This document shows, one piece after another, positions 23,101 through 33,080 of a DNA stretch of 64,000 nt. The position numbers and the translations under genes are program-made. Numbering within the stretch: position 1 is the first letter of the stretch; each line of letters begins with the position of its first letter. The notes under the pieces were generated by a model. It searched no databases, was not told where the DNA came from, and saw nothing but the letters and a program-made list of their open reading frames with translations. Source of the DNA: an uncultured Phycisphaerales bacterium (lineage in GTDB: Bacteria > Planctomycetota > Phycisphaerae > Tepidisphaerales > Tepidisphaeraceae); assembly GCA_963758525.1 (NCBI GenBank), contig CAVWVQ010000003.1, positions 4,576,001 through 4,640,000 of the forward strand, written 5' to 3'.

Positions 23101-25151
23101 TTGATCGTGCCGGCCTTGGTCTGGCCGCTGGTGATCACGCCACCGTCGCCATCGCTGTCGGCCGCCTGCGTCGCCGGGGCGGCGTCGACCTCCAGGTCGT
23201 AGCTGCCGCCGGTCTCGTTGCCGCTGTAGTCCTGCACGATGATCGTGTACGTTCCTGCGGTCGCCGTGTAGACGACCACTCCCACGGAGTGCTGTGTTCT
23301 CGGATCATCGGCGTACCCTGTCCCGTTGTTGTAACCGTAGCCGCTGCCGGCGAGCGCTCCGTTGGGGCCGTAGATAATCAGGTTCGGCGCGTAGGTGCTG
23401 GTGGAGGTCGCATCGCCAACGCTGGCGCTGAACGTCTGCCCAGCTGCCGCGCTGAAGGTAAAAACGTCCAGGTCGCCGGGTCGGCCAATCGTGCCGGCTT
23501 TGGTCTGTCCGCTGAGAATCGGCCCACCGTTGCCGCCGGAGTCTGCCGCCTGGGTCGCGGGAGCTGCCGCGAGTTCGACCGTGTAAGCGCCTACGTTCGT
23601 GGCACCATAGCCTTGGACAATGGCAGTATAGGTTCCCCCGTCAGTCGATGGCACATTATAGGTTCCACGCACAGATGAGCTGAGGCTGCTGCTGGATGCG
23701 TTGTACACCTGTGTGCCGGCAGGATTGTAGATCTGTAATTGCGGCAAAAATGTGCTTGCGGAACTGGCTGCTCCCAGGGACAACTCAAAAGTCTGTCCCG
23801 CAGTTGCGGTGAAAGTGAAAACATCGAGATCGCCAGGTCGACCGATCGTTCCGTTTTTAGTTTGCCCGCTGCTGATCGTTCCGCCGTTGCCGTCAGCATC
23901 TGGCGCCTGTGTCGCCGGGGCGGCGGCGACTTCCAAGTCGTACGTGCCGCCGGTTTCAGCTCCGGCGCGGTCCTGCACGACGATCGTGTAGGTGCCGGCG
24001 TTCGCCGCAGAGACGGTTACTTCGGCTGACGTGCTGTTGCGGTAATCACCCGCGTAACCGGTGCCATAGTAGTATCCGGAGCCGGAGCCTGCCGGCGCAC
24101 CGCTGGGATCGTAGACATTCACATACGGCTGATAGGCGCTGCTTGACGTCGCGTCCCCAAGGTCAGCGATGAACGTCTGCCCGGCGGCGGCGGTGAAGGT
24201 GTAAATATCCAGGTCGCCATAGTGGTTGATCGTGCCGGCTTTGGTCTGCCCGCTGGTAATCTTGCCTCCGTCCCCATCGGCATCCGCCGCCTGCGTCGCC
24301 GGGGCGGCGGCGACTTCCAAGTCGTACGTGCCGCCGGTTTCAGCTCCGGCGCGGTCCTGCACGACGATCGTGTAGCTGCCGGCGGAGGCCGCGGAGACGG
24401 TTACTTTGGCCGACGTGTTGGTGCGGTAGTCACCCGCGTAACCGGTGCCATAGTAATATCCGGAGCCGGAGCCCGCCGGCGTGCCGCTGGGATCGTAGAC
24501 ATTCATATACGGCTGGTAAGCGCTGCTCGACGTCGCGTCCCCGATATCGGCGATGAATGTCTGCCCGGCGGCGGCTGTGAACGTGTAGACGTCAAGATCG
24601 CCGAAATGATTGATCGTGCCGGCTTTGGTCTGGCCGCTGGCAATCGCTCCGCCATTGCCATCGGCATCCGCCGTCTGCGTCGCCGGGGCGGCGGCGACTT
24701 CAAGGTCGTACGTGCCGCCGGTTTCGGTTCCGCCGCGGTCCTGCACGACGATCCTGTAGGTGCCGGCGGTGGCCGCCGAGACGGTTACTTCGGCTGACGT
24801 GTTGGTGCGGTAGTCACCCGCGTAACCGGTGCCGGAGTAATATCCGGAGCCGGAGCCCGCCGGCGTGCCGCTGGGGTCGAAGACACTCACATACGGCTGG
24901 TACACGCTGGTCGACGTGGCGTCGCCGACGTCGGCGATGAATGTCTGCCCGGCCGTGGCTGTGAAAGTGTAGGTGTCCTGCTGACCTGCCGTAGTAATCG
25001 TTCCGGCAATGGTTTGCCCCGACGTGATCGGTATCCCCGTCAGCATGATTCGCCGCTCCAGCGGCTCGATCACCAGCCGGCACACGGAGTCAATTGCGTT
25101 GAATCGGCGTTTGGACGATAAGAAAGCACTCGTTTTGAGCGACTTCTGCAT
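14178..25151 (-). CDS. Giant secreted RHS/YD-repeat protein: LEPRxLL signal, 9 PPC-like repeats, IPT-like domain, YD shell, RHS core, internal cargo, SxDPN domain, Ig-like repeats, 2 CBM6/35-like domains
   Basis: IEPLERRIML; 128-aa repeats (384-bp period); many YxYDxxGxL; ARLYDPTTGRFQSAD...NSPTNFVDPSG; SHDPNAKIGP; FEAEDAALGG/YEAENATLGG...RYANGS...TGSWTTW...GPNLDSL. Confidence 0.92.
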   Translation of the reverse strand: MQKSLKTSAFLSSKRRFNAIDSVCRLVIEPLERRIMLTGIPITSGQTIAGTITTAGQQDTYTFTATAGQTFIADVGDATSTSVYQPYVSVFDPSGTPAGSGSGYYSGTGYAGDYRTNTSAEVTVSAATAGTYRIVVQDRGGTETGGTYDLEVAAAPATQTADADGNGGAIASGQTKAGTINHFGDLDVYTFTAAAGQTFIADIGDATSSSAYQPYMNVYDPSGTPAGSGSGYYYGTGYAGDYRTNTSAKVTVSAASAGSYTIVVQDRAGAETGGTYDLEVAAAPATQAADADGDGGKITSGQTKAGTINHYGDLDIYTFTAAAGQTFIADLGDATSSSAYQPYVNVYDPSGAPAGSGSGYYYGTGYAGDYRNSTSAEVTVSAANAGTYTIVVQDRAGAETGGTYDLEVAAAPATQAPDADGNGGTISSGQTKNGTIGRPGDLDVFTFTATAGQTFELSLGAASSASTFLPQLQIYNPAGTQVYNASSSSLSSSVRGTYNVPSTDGGTYTAIVQGYGATNVGAYTVELAAAPATQAADSGGNGGPILSGQTKAGTIGRPGDLDVFTFSAAAGQTFSASVGDATSTSTYAPNLIIYGPNGALAGSGYGYNNGTGYADDPRTQHSVGVVVYTATAGTYTIIVQDYSGNETGGSYDLEVDAAPATQAADSDGDGGVITSGQTKAGTINHYGDLDVYTFAATAGETIIAGVGDATSVSTYAPDLTVYGPNGALAGNGYGYNSGTGFANDPRTQHSAEVIVTAAAAGTYTIIVQDYSGNETGGSYDLEVDAAPATQAADSNGDGGTITSGQTKAGTVNHFGDLDVYTFAATAGETITANVGDATSDSTYHPQLSVYDPNGAPAGAGYGYNSGTGYADDPRTQQSAEVIVSAATAGNYTIIVQDYGGATVGGAYDLEVDGAPATQAADADGDGGAITSGQTKAATINHFGDLDVYTFTATAGETITADVGDATSDSTYHPQLSVYDPNGAPAGAGYGYYSGTGYADDPRTQHSAEVIVSAATAGNYTIVVQDYGGATVGGAYDLEVDGAPATQAADADGDGGTITSGQTKAGTINHYGDLDVYTFTAAAGETINAGVEDATPTSAFEPELHLYGPDGALAGNGYGYNNGTGFAGSPSTNTSAGVVASVATAGTYTIVVQDYGGGEVGGAYDVEMIKAPTTGPITPTSLPLDTPVIGRINTSGENDSWTFFGRAGQSVSVLLNPTTGYAANFLGAFSPVLNYGSVSLIAPDGSTVLGTQNATAAGQVLTVNGVKLPTDGIYTISVNAATGFSTATGNYVVGVFNSTPNAQTLDLNKSVVGNITTPFDYDQYTFSATANTQVQLQLASGSSSSLSYTLTGPNGAIIFSNVTASTALINLPTDGAYTLTVQGANGQAGKYGFTLLKTNQTSLALGTMYTGSATGSDQAQLFAIPITSADPISIALSDANTSDHNELYASFNQPPTCAAYDYGISGAGAGQSLLIPSSKPGTLYVLVYNESVASPPATYTLLVQSAHAVLSSAAPATGVTTAATTLTLQGAGFTAGAVVSLVSSGGTKYAASSSVVDLPTQMTATFAAGSVPAGTYAVQVAENGTTTQLAAAFTMVASGTGTLTTNLEIPNPIGNHIAATLYVDYSNTGTAAIAAPLLTLDASRPSADGSTQLHGAFMTLDPTLITSGYWTSATPAGYSSSVEILAQGNTPGVLQPGESERIPVYYAGWLQSQWNFNDPTINFSLSAVQPTDTTAVNWSSTLAGLQPATIGTAAWSAISSNLLAKLGTTAGSYVQMLDNSATYLGRLGENVSDIQSLWGFELQQADDGVSAIGPTLTSAADDSVTAPGASITFGRSFSSSITGRDTLGILGYGWSTPWEAHALIDSDGTATIFGGGDSEEVFQPDSRYAGVYFSSTGDHNKLTADGAGGYLLTAPDGSLTDFSSGGALHYIQDTDGNRITAGYTSNQLSSLTHSSGQSLSIAYNSNGLISSITDSTGRTTSYTYNAAEQLTTVKDYAGRTTSYAYSTATSGAAQNELTTITSPGGLHSYFTYDAQGRLAGTHADGNAEANSFSYSEGGVTTTDSLGDASTEYFDDNGLLAKSVDPLGNATYASYDQSFNLVKTTGSTGLTENYAYDGNGNVTALNDSLGNTTKFAYGSDSRLTALTDARGNTTGYSYNATGDLLSTAYADGTSSTSTFNPLGEPVSFLNQNSQAITYNYNTAGQLTKEGFADGTSYAYTYDAHGNLLTAVDATGTTTFTYDSKDELTEVVYPGSLYLKFTYNADGQRTQMVDQTGFTTNYQYDTAGRLSGLTDGSGAAVVTYTYDAVGRLSKKVNGNGTSTTYAYDADSNVLHLINYAPNGTTVNSRFDYTYDALGKVATEATIDGTWTYTYDGDGQLTHAVFASTDSNIANQDLTYNYDAVGNRTSTVINGVTTTYTVNSMNEYTSVGGITYSYDKDGNLISNGVTTDSYDSLNRTTNSLTSGVTTNYVFNALGQRVSTTSAGVTTGFDYDPTGGLIADEISTAGIMHEVVGYGLTAAVTAGAEQYFDFDNMGSTAGVSGSTGTYADSYSYRPFGDLLQSSGSGAQVQTFDASMGAIAAASGSYIMSARLYDPTTGRFQSADSINIGGGDPNFYRFAKNSPTNFVDPSGHVITVAAAVVGAIAGGVIGGAGYWVEHLVTGKDFSWQEFGGDVTGGAIAGGLAGLTGGASLLIDGTGIIAVEAAGAELTAGAAAFYSAIGSEYGYLIGHFNNDFKPAEFVESIAFGAIGGSFSKTIERLGNAAVEEAFHYADGALLENIYSNVELYRLLAGKTLDTLNDLLGRLAQNLLSAVIKAVNSHDPNAKIGPSGYGTANYVADAGSFPYNIEFENGSSATAPAQEVNITDQLSPNLNWSTFQLSQIGFGDTNIIIPAGSQTYQTTVPMTYDGITFNVGVDVGIHTSTGEVYANFFSIDPTTQLPPSVLAGFLPPEDGTGRGQGYISYTVAPKANLANGTQITNVASIVFDGAAPITTDQADDEDPSKGIDTTKQDLVTIDSSPPVSAVSALPPTTTTTSFPVSWSGTDTNSSGVASFTIYDSDNGGAFKPWLTNTALTTSNFTGVAGHTYAFYSVATDNVGNIEAAPASADTQTVVSTVANTKTTLTKSTTAAAVYGQSITFTAATAVVSPGTGTPTGTITFKDGATTLGTAALSAGKATFTTSMLAIGSHTSITAVYAGNANFNASTSGTLTQTVTKSATTTKLTKNTTAATKFGQSVTFTAAPMATSPGAGSPTGTVTFKDGSSTLGTATLISGIATFTTAALAVSSHSITAVYGGDTNFSVSTSSALTQTVSKSATTTQVTKSSTGAISYGQSVTFTATMLAVSPGSGTPTGTVTFMDGTTSLGTAMLSAGKAAFTTTALAVGSHSAITAVYSGDANFTASTSGSLSQTVLPVLFEAEDAALGGTTVALHSHSGYTGSGYADMGDQNSTVQFTVATSGAGSAALIFRYANGSTAARPVTVTINGTVAGTVSFAPTGSWTTWITTTLNATLLSGNNTILLQPTGSDGPNLDSLLVRVPVTYEAENATLGGGTVAAHANAGYTGAGYADFGNQNSTVQFNVTAGAAGAATLTFRYANGSTAARPVSLSVNGTVVSTLSFAPTGSWTTWTTTALSTTLLSGNNVILLTVTGSDGPNLDSLVIS

Positions 25152-25436
25152 GGGGCGCCAGCCTTTGCAAAGAGTTGTTGCGATCTGGTCCAGACTGAAT
25201 TGGATGCGATTGCGATCCGCCGCCCCACTAAACTAGGGGTCTTGGGAACTGAGTCTTTGGCGCAGGCGCCTCCCCATCCTCCGGATTTTGCCGAGCATAC
25301 TTCCGGCTTCTCAGATTTCAACAACGAAACTTATTCTTACGTCACCGCGCACGGCGCTGGTGATGCGGTGACGCGAGAGGAAACCGGGATCGAGCGTTCG
25401 GGTTCCGCAATTCGCACTTCCGCCCGAAGGCGCGGC

Positions 25437-27074
25437 TCAGTGTTCGGCGATCGCGCCTTCGGAGAATCTGAGCTCTTCCAAGTCGAGATCGTGCTCGATG
25501 GTGCGAAAGGTTTCGTCGCTGATGCTGCCGCGATTGCGGAGAATCAATACTTGCTCGCGCTCGGATTGAATCAGCTCCTGGTGGAGCGCTTGCCGGCGAA
25601 CGATCAGCTCCTCGGTTTCTGCGTCGAGGGAGACTTCCTGACCGTCGGCGGGGGGAAGCTCGCAACGGCCGGCGAGGAGCTTGTAGCGGTCGTCGTAGTA
25701 GTGCCTGATCAGGGCAAGCGTGGGCATGTGGGCGTTGGGATCGCCGGCGAGTTCTTCGAGCCGGGACATCGCGACCTTGATGGCGCGGAAGCGGGCTTCG
25801 TGCTCTTCACAGGGAGAAGAGTCTTCGTCGGCCTGGAGGCCCAGCGCGCGGATGAGCCAGGGGAGGGACAGGCTCTGCACGACCAGTGTGAAGAGAATCA
25901 CGGCGAAGGTGAGGAAGATGATGAGATTGCGCTTGGGAAAGGGAGCGCCGGCGGCGGTGACGAGAGGAAGCGCCAGTGCGGCGGCGAGGGAGTCCACGCC
26001 GCGCATTCCGGTGAAGGCGACGAGGAAAATGGATTGCCAGGGGGGAGTGGGATCTTTTCTGCGAATGGAAGGGATGAGCCAGCGCGGGAGATAGCTGGCG
26101 GGGAAGACCCAGATGATTCTGACGATGACGATGACGAAGCTGAAGATGAGCGAGTAGACGATGCGGTCGCGGGTGGAGTCGGCGGCGTCCTGCTCGATGA
26201 TGAAGCGCATCTGCAGGCCGATGAGGATGAAGACCAGGCCGTTGAGGAGAAAGGTGACGATGTTCCAGACGGCGACGGCCGTGAGGCGCGTGCGGGACGA
26301 GAAGAGGCGGCTGCTCCGCCGGCTGAGATACAGGCCGCAGACGACCACCGCGAGCACCCCCGAGACGCCGAGGGCCTCGGCGATAAGGTATGCGCCAAAT
26401 GGAGTAAGCAGGGTAATGATGGTCTCGACGACGGGATCATCGAGCATCAGATGGAGGCGCGCGACGAGGAGACCCAGGATCCAGCCGAGCGCGATGCCGC
26501 CGAGGGAGGCGAAGCAGAAGAGGGCGGTTGCGGAGGTGAGGGAGAACGTTCCGGTGGAGGCGGCAACGACGGCGAATTTGTAGATAGTGAGCCCCGTGGC
26601 GTCATTGACGAGACTTTCGCCCTCGAGCACCGTGATGATGCGGCGCGGGATGCCAAGGCGCGTCGCGATGGCGGTGGCGGCAACGGCATCGGGCGGGGAG
26701 ATAATCGCGCCGAGCGTAAAGGCGGCGGGCCAGGACATCGCGGGGATGATCGCGTGGGCGACCGCGCCGACGGCAACGGTCGTGAAGACGACAAAGCCTA
26801 CGGCAAGCATGGTGATCGGGCGCAGATTGGCGCGGAAATCCCGCCAGGAGGTGTACCACGCGGCGGCGTAGAGAAGCGGTGGAAGGAAGAGGAGAAAGAC
26901 GGCCTGCGGATCGAGATGCACGTCGGGGAGATGGGGAATGAAGCAGATGCCTAAGCCGCCCAGCACCATGACGGTGGGATAGGGAAGATGGACTTTCGTC
27001 GCGGCAAGCGAGAGCAGCGTGACGACCACGAGGAGGCCCAGAACCGTGGCGACTTGGAGATGGATGGCATCCAC
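25437..27074 (-). CDS. Na+/H+ antiporter, CPA1 family
   Basis: FLPPLLY, GAIISPPDAVA, LEGESLVNDA, SGVLAVV, GMRGVDSLAAAL; GTG start inferred. Confidence 0.92.
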   Translation of the reverse strand: MDAIHLQVATVLGLLVVVTLLSLAATKVHLPYPTVMVLGGLGICFIPHLPDVHLDPQAVFLLFLPPLLYAAAWYTSWRDFRANLRPITMLAVGFVVFTTVAVGAVAHAIIPAMSWPAAFTLGAIISPPDAVAATAIATRLGIPRRIITVLEGESLVNDATGLTIYKFAVVAASTGTFSLTSATALFCFASLGGIALGWILGLLVARLHLMLDDPVVETIITLLTPFGAYLIAEALGVSGVLAVVVCGLYLSRRSSRLFSSRTRLTAVAVWNIVTFLLNGLVFILIGLQMRFIIEQDAADSTRDRIVYSLIFSFVIVIVRIIWVFPASYLPRWLIPSIRRKDPTPPWQSIFLVAFTGMRGVDSLAAALALPLVTAAGAPFPKRNLIIFLTFAVILFTLVVQSLSLPWLIRALGLQADEDSSPCEEHEARFRAIKVAMSRLEELAGDPNAHMPTLALIRHYYDDRYKLLAGRCELPPADGQEVSLDAETEELIVRRQALHQELIQSEREQVLILRNRGSISDETFRTIEHDLDLEELRFSEGAIAEH

Positions 27075-27092
27075 ATGAGGGAATATACGGGG

Positions 27093-27130
27093 AAGGCACG
27101 TAGGCACGAAGGCACGGAGGCACGGAGGGG
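27093..27130. repeat. 8-bp AGGCACGN tandem repeat (reverse complement of the 12222 repeat)
   Basis: aggcacgt aggcacga aggcacgg aggcacgg. Confidence 0.75.
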
Positions 27131-27163
27131 AAGGCGGGAGGGGGAGAAGCCGGGAGCAATCTA

Positions 27164-27994
27164 TTAGATTCGGCCGGCGCTATCCTTGGTTACGTCAGGC
27201 TGCTGGACCTTCTGCATCTTATCGCGGAGCCGGGCGGCTTCCTCGTAGTTCTCGTTCTCGATGGCGCGCCGCAGCTTGCGGGCGAGTTGTTCGAGCGGAT
27301 CGACGGGAAGCCGCTTGCGGATGTCCCTCGCGAGGCGCTTGAGCACGCGCACTTCATTGGATTCGCCGTAGCCTTCTTCCCGGCCGAGGCGCTGGAAGAA
27401 TTTTTTGATCTCGGCCAAGCCCGCTTCGACGGTCTTCAATGCCTCGTTGTGTTCGTTTTCCCGCAGGTGAACTGATGCGCGTGCGCGGGCGTGCATCATC
27501 ACGATGTAGGGGCGATATTGCTCCAGCACGAGCCGGTCCTGTTCGTCGTCGGCAAAGGCGCCGCACAGGTCGAGCACGCGCAGGTTGCGGGCGGTATCGC
27601 GGATCACGCCGGAGAAATCCTCGAGTACGAAGAGACTGAGGTACCGTTGGTAATACATGACCGCTTCCTCGCGGAGGGACTGACACTGCGCACTGGTCAG
27701 ATGGAAGCCGTCCTGTGTGCCGACCTCGCGCTTGTGCTCGGCAAGCTGATTTTCGTAGTACTCCAGAAGCGATTCGAAGCCGTGCGGACGCGTGCCGTCG
27801 GGTCGGCCGGCGATCTCCATCTGCAACAGGCCCAGATCCAGGCGCATCTGCAGCTTCGGAAGGCCGTCGAGCCCCGTCACCTTGCGAACGTTGATGGTTC
27901 CCGGCTCGTAGTCCCAGCCACGCAGCGTGGGCGTAATGTCCTTATTGGATGCCTTGCCTTCGGAAATTGGCTCGGGCGATGATTCTTCGCTCAT
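27164..27994 (-). CDS. UvrB/UvrC-motif-containing protein
   Basis: LQMRLDLGLLQMEIAGRPDG; C-terminal UVR motif LRRAIENENYEEAARLRD. Confidence 0.82.
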   Translation of the reverse strand: MSEESSPEPISEGKASNKDITPTLRGWDYEPGTINVRKVTGLDGLPKLQMRLDLGLLQMEIAGRPDGTRPHGFESLLEYYENQLAEHKREVGTQDGFHLTSAQCQSLREEAVMYYQRYLSLFVLEDFSGVIRDTARNLRVLDLCGAFADDEQDRLVLEQYRPYIVMMHARARASVHLRENEHNEALKTVEAGLAEIKKFFQRLGREEGYGESNEVRVLKRLARDIRKRLPVDPLEQLARKLRRAIENENYEEAARLRDKMQKVQQPDVTKDSAGRI

Positions 27995-28165
27995 TGCAGT
28001 TCTTCTCTCCAAACGGGTTGCGACCTTCCGGCAGGGTCAATTGCCGGCGACCGCATCAAGTTGCGCCCGCGGTCAGCGAATTTTAGACCGTTCATTTGCA
28101 AGAGACAAAATCTTCATGCCGTCGTCACAAGCTTCGACTCGGAAGAGGGAAGCGGGGCAAGCGCG

Positions 28166-28171
28166 TATAAT
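28166..28171 (+). promoter_or_regulatory. Consensus -10 box (TATAAT) 7 nt before the ygfZ-like ATG; likely leaderless promoter
   Basis: GCGTATAATggtccccATG, no Shine-Dalgarno. Confidence 0.6.
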
Positions 28172-28178
28172 GGTCCCC

Positions 28179-29315
28179 ATGGGCGACCCATTGCCGAATC
28201 CGCTTTATGAGTTGCATCAACAGGCTGGGGCGGAATTCCAGCAATACGCGGAATTACCAATCGTCAGCACGTTCGGCGAGCCGCAGGCGGAATATGCGGC
28301 GATCCACAAAGGCGCCGCCCTGATGGATCAGCCCTTCCGCGGCTTCCTCGAACTGACCGGGAAAGACCGCCATTCGTTTTTGAATAATCTCATCACCAAC
28401 CAGGTGTGGGATAAGGAAAAGAAGAGCGGCCTGACGACGGGCCAGGGTGTTTACGCGTTCTTTCTGAACACCAAAGGACGCGTGGTGGGGGAGATGAACG
28501 TGCTGGAAATCGGGGAGAGTCTGCTTCTGGAAATGGACGCGAGATTCGTGGAGCCGACGCGCCTTGCGTTCGAGAAATTCCGCTTCGCCGAGAAAGTCGC
28601 GCTCGGCAACTCGGTCGGCAAACGCCATGCGCTGGGCGTTTACGGTCCATCTTCCGGGCTGGTGCTCGGACTGACCGAGCCGTTGCAGCCGCTGGAGAGC
28701 CGGGCAATCAAATTGTTCGACGCGGACACCATCGTCTGGCGGGACGATCCAACAGGACACCCCGGCTACCAGATCATCGTCGACACTGGCAGCGCGCAGT
28801 CGCTCTGGAAGAAGCTTTTGGAATCCTTCGGCCAAGCCACCGGTATCGGCAAGCGCCCTCTGCGTCCGATCGGCTGGGCCGCGTTTAACGCCACGCGGAT
28901 CGAAGCCGGCCGGCCGTTCTTCGGCATTGATTTCGACGAAACGGTGTTGCCTGCCGAGACCGGCCAGCTTTCAAGGGCCGTCAGCTTTACGAAGGGGTGC
29001 TATCTCGGCCAGGAAGTCGTCGCCCGCATGCACGCGCGGAACGTGGTCGCGCGGCAAATCGTCGGCATCCGCATGAACGACGACAGCCTGCCGATCGCCG
29101 GCACGCACATCTTCGCCCCCGACGGCTCCGCCAACCAGATCGGCGGAATTACCAGCAGCACGGTTTCGCCGATTCTGTCCAATGCGTCGATCTGCCTGGG
29201 AATTGTGAAAAAGGCGTACACCGCGCCGGGGTCGATCGTGGAAATTCCTGCGGAGGGGGCGATGCGGAAGGGGACGGTGGTCGCGGTGCCTTTCACGAAC
29301 GAAACTAAAGTGTGA
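28179..29315 (+). CDS. Folate-binding YgfZ/GcvT-family protein
   Basis: RIEAGRP and the YgfZ signature SFTKGCYLGQEVVAR. Confidence 0.9.
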   Translation: MGDPLPNPLYELHQQAGAEFQQYAELPIVSTFGEPQAEYAAIHKGAALMDQPFRGFLELTGKDRHSFLNNLITNQVWDKEKKSGLTTGQGVYAFFLNTKGRVVGEMNVLEIGESLLLEMDARFVEPTRLAFEKFRFAEKVALGNSVGKRHALGVYGPSSGLVLGLTEPLQPLESRAIKLFDADTIVWRDDPTGHPGYQIIVDTGSAQSLWKKLLESFGQATGIGKRPLRPIGWAAFNATRIEAGRPFFGIDFDETVLPAETGQLSRAVSFTKGCYLGQEVVARMHARNVVARQIVGIRMNDDSLPIAGTHIFAPDGSANQIGGITSSTVSPILSNASICLGIVKKAYTAPGSIVEIPAEGAMRKGTVVAVPFTNETKV

Positions 29316-29336
29316 GTCCACCGGAGACGAATTCGG

Positions 29337-29360
29337 AGCCTCGGATGTACATCCGAGGCT
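29337..29360. terminator. Perfect 24-bp palindrome between convergent genes, possible bidirectional terminator
   Basis: AGCCTCGGATGTACATCCGAGGCT followed by TCTTT. Confidence 0.55.
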
Positions 29361-29411
29361 TCTTTATCCGCGAATCTAGCAAAAGCCCGCCCTGAGCGTC
29401 TCCTTTCAGGC

Positions 29412-31475
<2,064 letters not shown>

Positions 31476-31487
31476 CGGTCCGGGAGG

Positions 31488-31544
31488 TTGTGGCGCAGGG
31501 TTTCAGCCCGCTTTAGAAGGGCAGGCTGGAAGCCTGCACCACAA
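31488..31544. repeat. REP-like inverted doublet
   Basis: TTGTGGCGCAGGGTTTCAGCCCGC ... GCAGGCTGGAAGCCTGCACCACAA. Confidence 0.7.
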
Positions 31545-31567
31545 TAAATGTCAAAATCGCCCGGGCG

Positions 31568-32224
31568 TTACTCGGCTTGCCACCCTTCGTGACCAATGAG
31601 CTTCACAAATCGGCAAGGACAGACATTGAGCGTTTTCAGTTCGGCACCCTCCCGACGCACCTCGACGAGCATCTGTTCGTCGATCGGCCCCACGGGTAGC
31701 ACGGCGATGCCGCCTTGGGCCAGTTGCGAGAGGAGCAGTTCCCGCGGCAGTTTTGGCGCGCCCGCGGTGATGATGATCCGGTCAAACGGAGCCGCGTCGG
31801 GCCAGCCGAGCGTACCGTCGCCGAAGCGGTAATGGATGTTGCGCAGCCGCATCGAGAGAAGCCGCTCAAAAGCGCTGTCCAGCAACGGCTTGAGCCGCTC
31901 GACGGTGTACACATCGCGGGCCAGATGCGCAAGGATCGCCGTCTGGTAGCCGCTTCCCGTGCCGATCTCCAGCACACGGCTGTGTGACTTCACATCCAAA
32001 CGCTGGGTCATCAGCGCCACAATGTACGGCTGGCTGATCGACTGGCCCAGGCCGATCGGGGCGGCGCTGTCGGCATAGGCCTCGCGGCGCGATTTTTCGG
32101 GAAAGAACTGTTCGCGCGGCACCGCACGCAGGGCGGACAGGACGCGTTCGTCGTGGATTCCCTTTTCGATGATCTGCTGCTGGATCATCTGTTGCAATGG
32201 TGAGAGTTCTTCAACGTCATTCAT
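31568..32224 (-). CDS. pcm: Protein-L-isoaspartate O-methyltransferase
   Basis: GQSISQPYIVALM, VLEIGTGSGYQTA, GDGTLGWPDAAPFDRII. Confidence 0.96.
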   Translation of the reverse strand: MNDVEELSPLQQMIQQQIIEKGIHDERVLSALRAVPREQFFPEKSRREAYADSAAPIGLGQSISQPYIVALMTQRLDVKSHSRVLEIGTGSGYQTAILAHLARDVYTVERLKPLLDSAFERLLSMRLRNIHYRFGDGTLGWPDAAPFDRIIITAGAPKLPRELLLSQLAQGGIAVLPVGPIDEQMLVEVRREGAELKTLNVCPCRFVKLIGHEGWQAE

Positions 32225-32309
32225 CGGTATGCCATTGTAGGATCAATTCCGCTCAAAAGTAGAGCGCCGCACTGTTGCCGCGGGAAATTGTCACGTCTAT
32301 CTTGAATCG

Positions 32310-33068
32310 ATGGCCGCCGCTTCTTTGCGCCCGATCATCACCTTGACCAGCGACTTCGGCACGCGTGACAGTTACGTCGCCCAGATGAAGGGGGTTCTGC
32401 TGCACTATTGTCCGGCGGCCCATCTGGTGGATATTACGCACGAGGTTCGCGCATACGATATCGTGGCCGGCTCAATCGCAATTGAACGAGCGCTGCACAG
32501 TTTCCCGGCTGGCACTATCCATCTTGCGGTGGTCGATCCAGGCGTCGGCAGTCATCGCAAGCTGCTCGTAGCGACGATCGCAAAGCAGACCATCATCTGC
32601 CCCGATAACGGCCTGATCACCTGGGCGTGGCGCCTGCGCGGCGGTGGCAAGGGGTTTGAGCTCACCTGGCGGCCCAGCAGCTTCAGCAATACGTTTCACG
32701 GCAGGGACATCATGGCTCCGGCCGCGGGGATGCTCGCCGCCGGCAGGAGAATGCGCGACCTGGCTTGCCCATTCGAGGCCCCGAGGCTGCTCGACATCGC
32801 GCCAAGCAACTCAGACGCGGGCCGGGTGTTGCACGTCGATCATTTCGGCAACGCAACGACTAATATCCCGGGAAATAGCGTCGGCACGCGAGCCGTCCGA
32901 ATCAAAGGAAAGTCCATCGGACTGCTTCGGGTCACCTATTCCGATGTTGCCAGGGGCAGGTTGCTGGCGCTGATCGGAAGCAGTGGTCTGGTCGAGATCG
33001 CCGTCCGCGAGGGATCGGCGGCAAAGAAGCTCAAGCTTCAAGTCGGTGACGAGGTTCGGCTTGTCTGA
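32310..33068 (+). CDS. SAM hydrolase / SAM-dependent halogenase family protein (DUF62)
   Basis: ITLTSDFG, VVDPGVGS, PDNGL, SNTFHGRDIMAP, VDHFGNATTNI. Confidence 0.92.
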   Translation: MAAASLRPIITLTSDFGTRDSYVAQMKGVLLHYCPAAHLVDITHEVRAYDIVAGSIAIERALHSFPAGTIHLAVVDPGVGSHRKLLVATIAKQTIICPDNGLITWAWRLRGGGKGFELTWRPSSFSNTFHGRDIMAPAAGMLAAGRRMRDLACPFEAPRLLDIAPSNSDAGRVLHVDHFGNATTNIPGNSVGTRAVRIKGKSIGLLRVTYSDVARGRLLALIGSSGLVEIAVREGSAAKKLKLQVGDEVRLV

Positions 33069-33080
33069 AGTACCCGGAAC

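Noticed and set aside
21650..25040. Diversity-generating retroelement (Tyr/Asn/Ser variation in the repeat loops)
   Set aside because: No reverse transcriptase in the window; differences are not restricted to adenines and all copies are in-frame coding repeats
14178..25151. Type VI-secreted Rhs effector
   Set aside because: No PAAR/VgrG domain or chaperone genes; it has a planctomycete LEPRxLL-type N-terminus instead
25200..26954. Long + strand ORF (584 aa), likewise 21840..23678, 30249..31547 and 54854..56620
   Set aside because: Antisense shadows of well-supported genes in high-GC DNA
32310..33068. Fluorinase/chlorinase of a halometabolite pathway
   Set aside because: Has the HGRD motif typical of SAM hydroxide adenosyltransferases, and there is no biosynthetic cluster nearby
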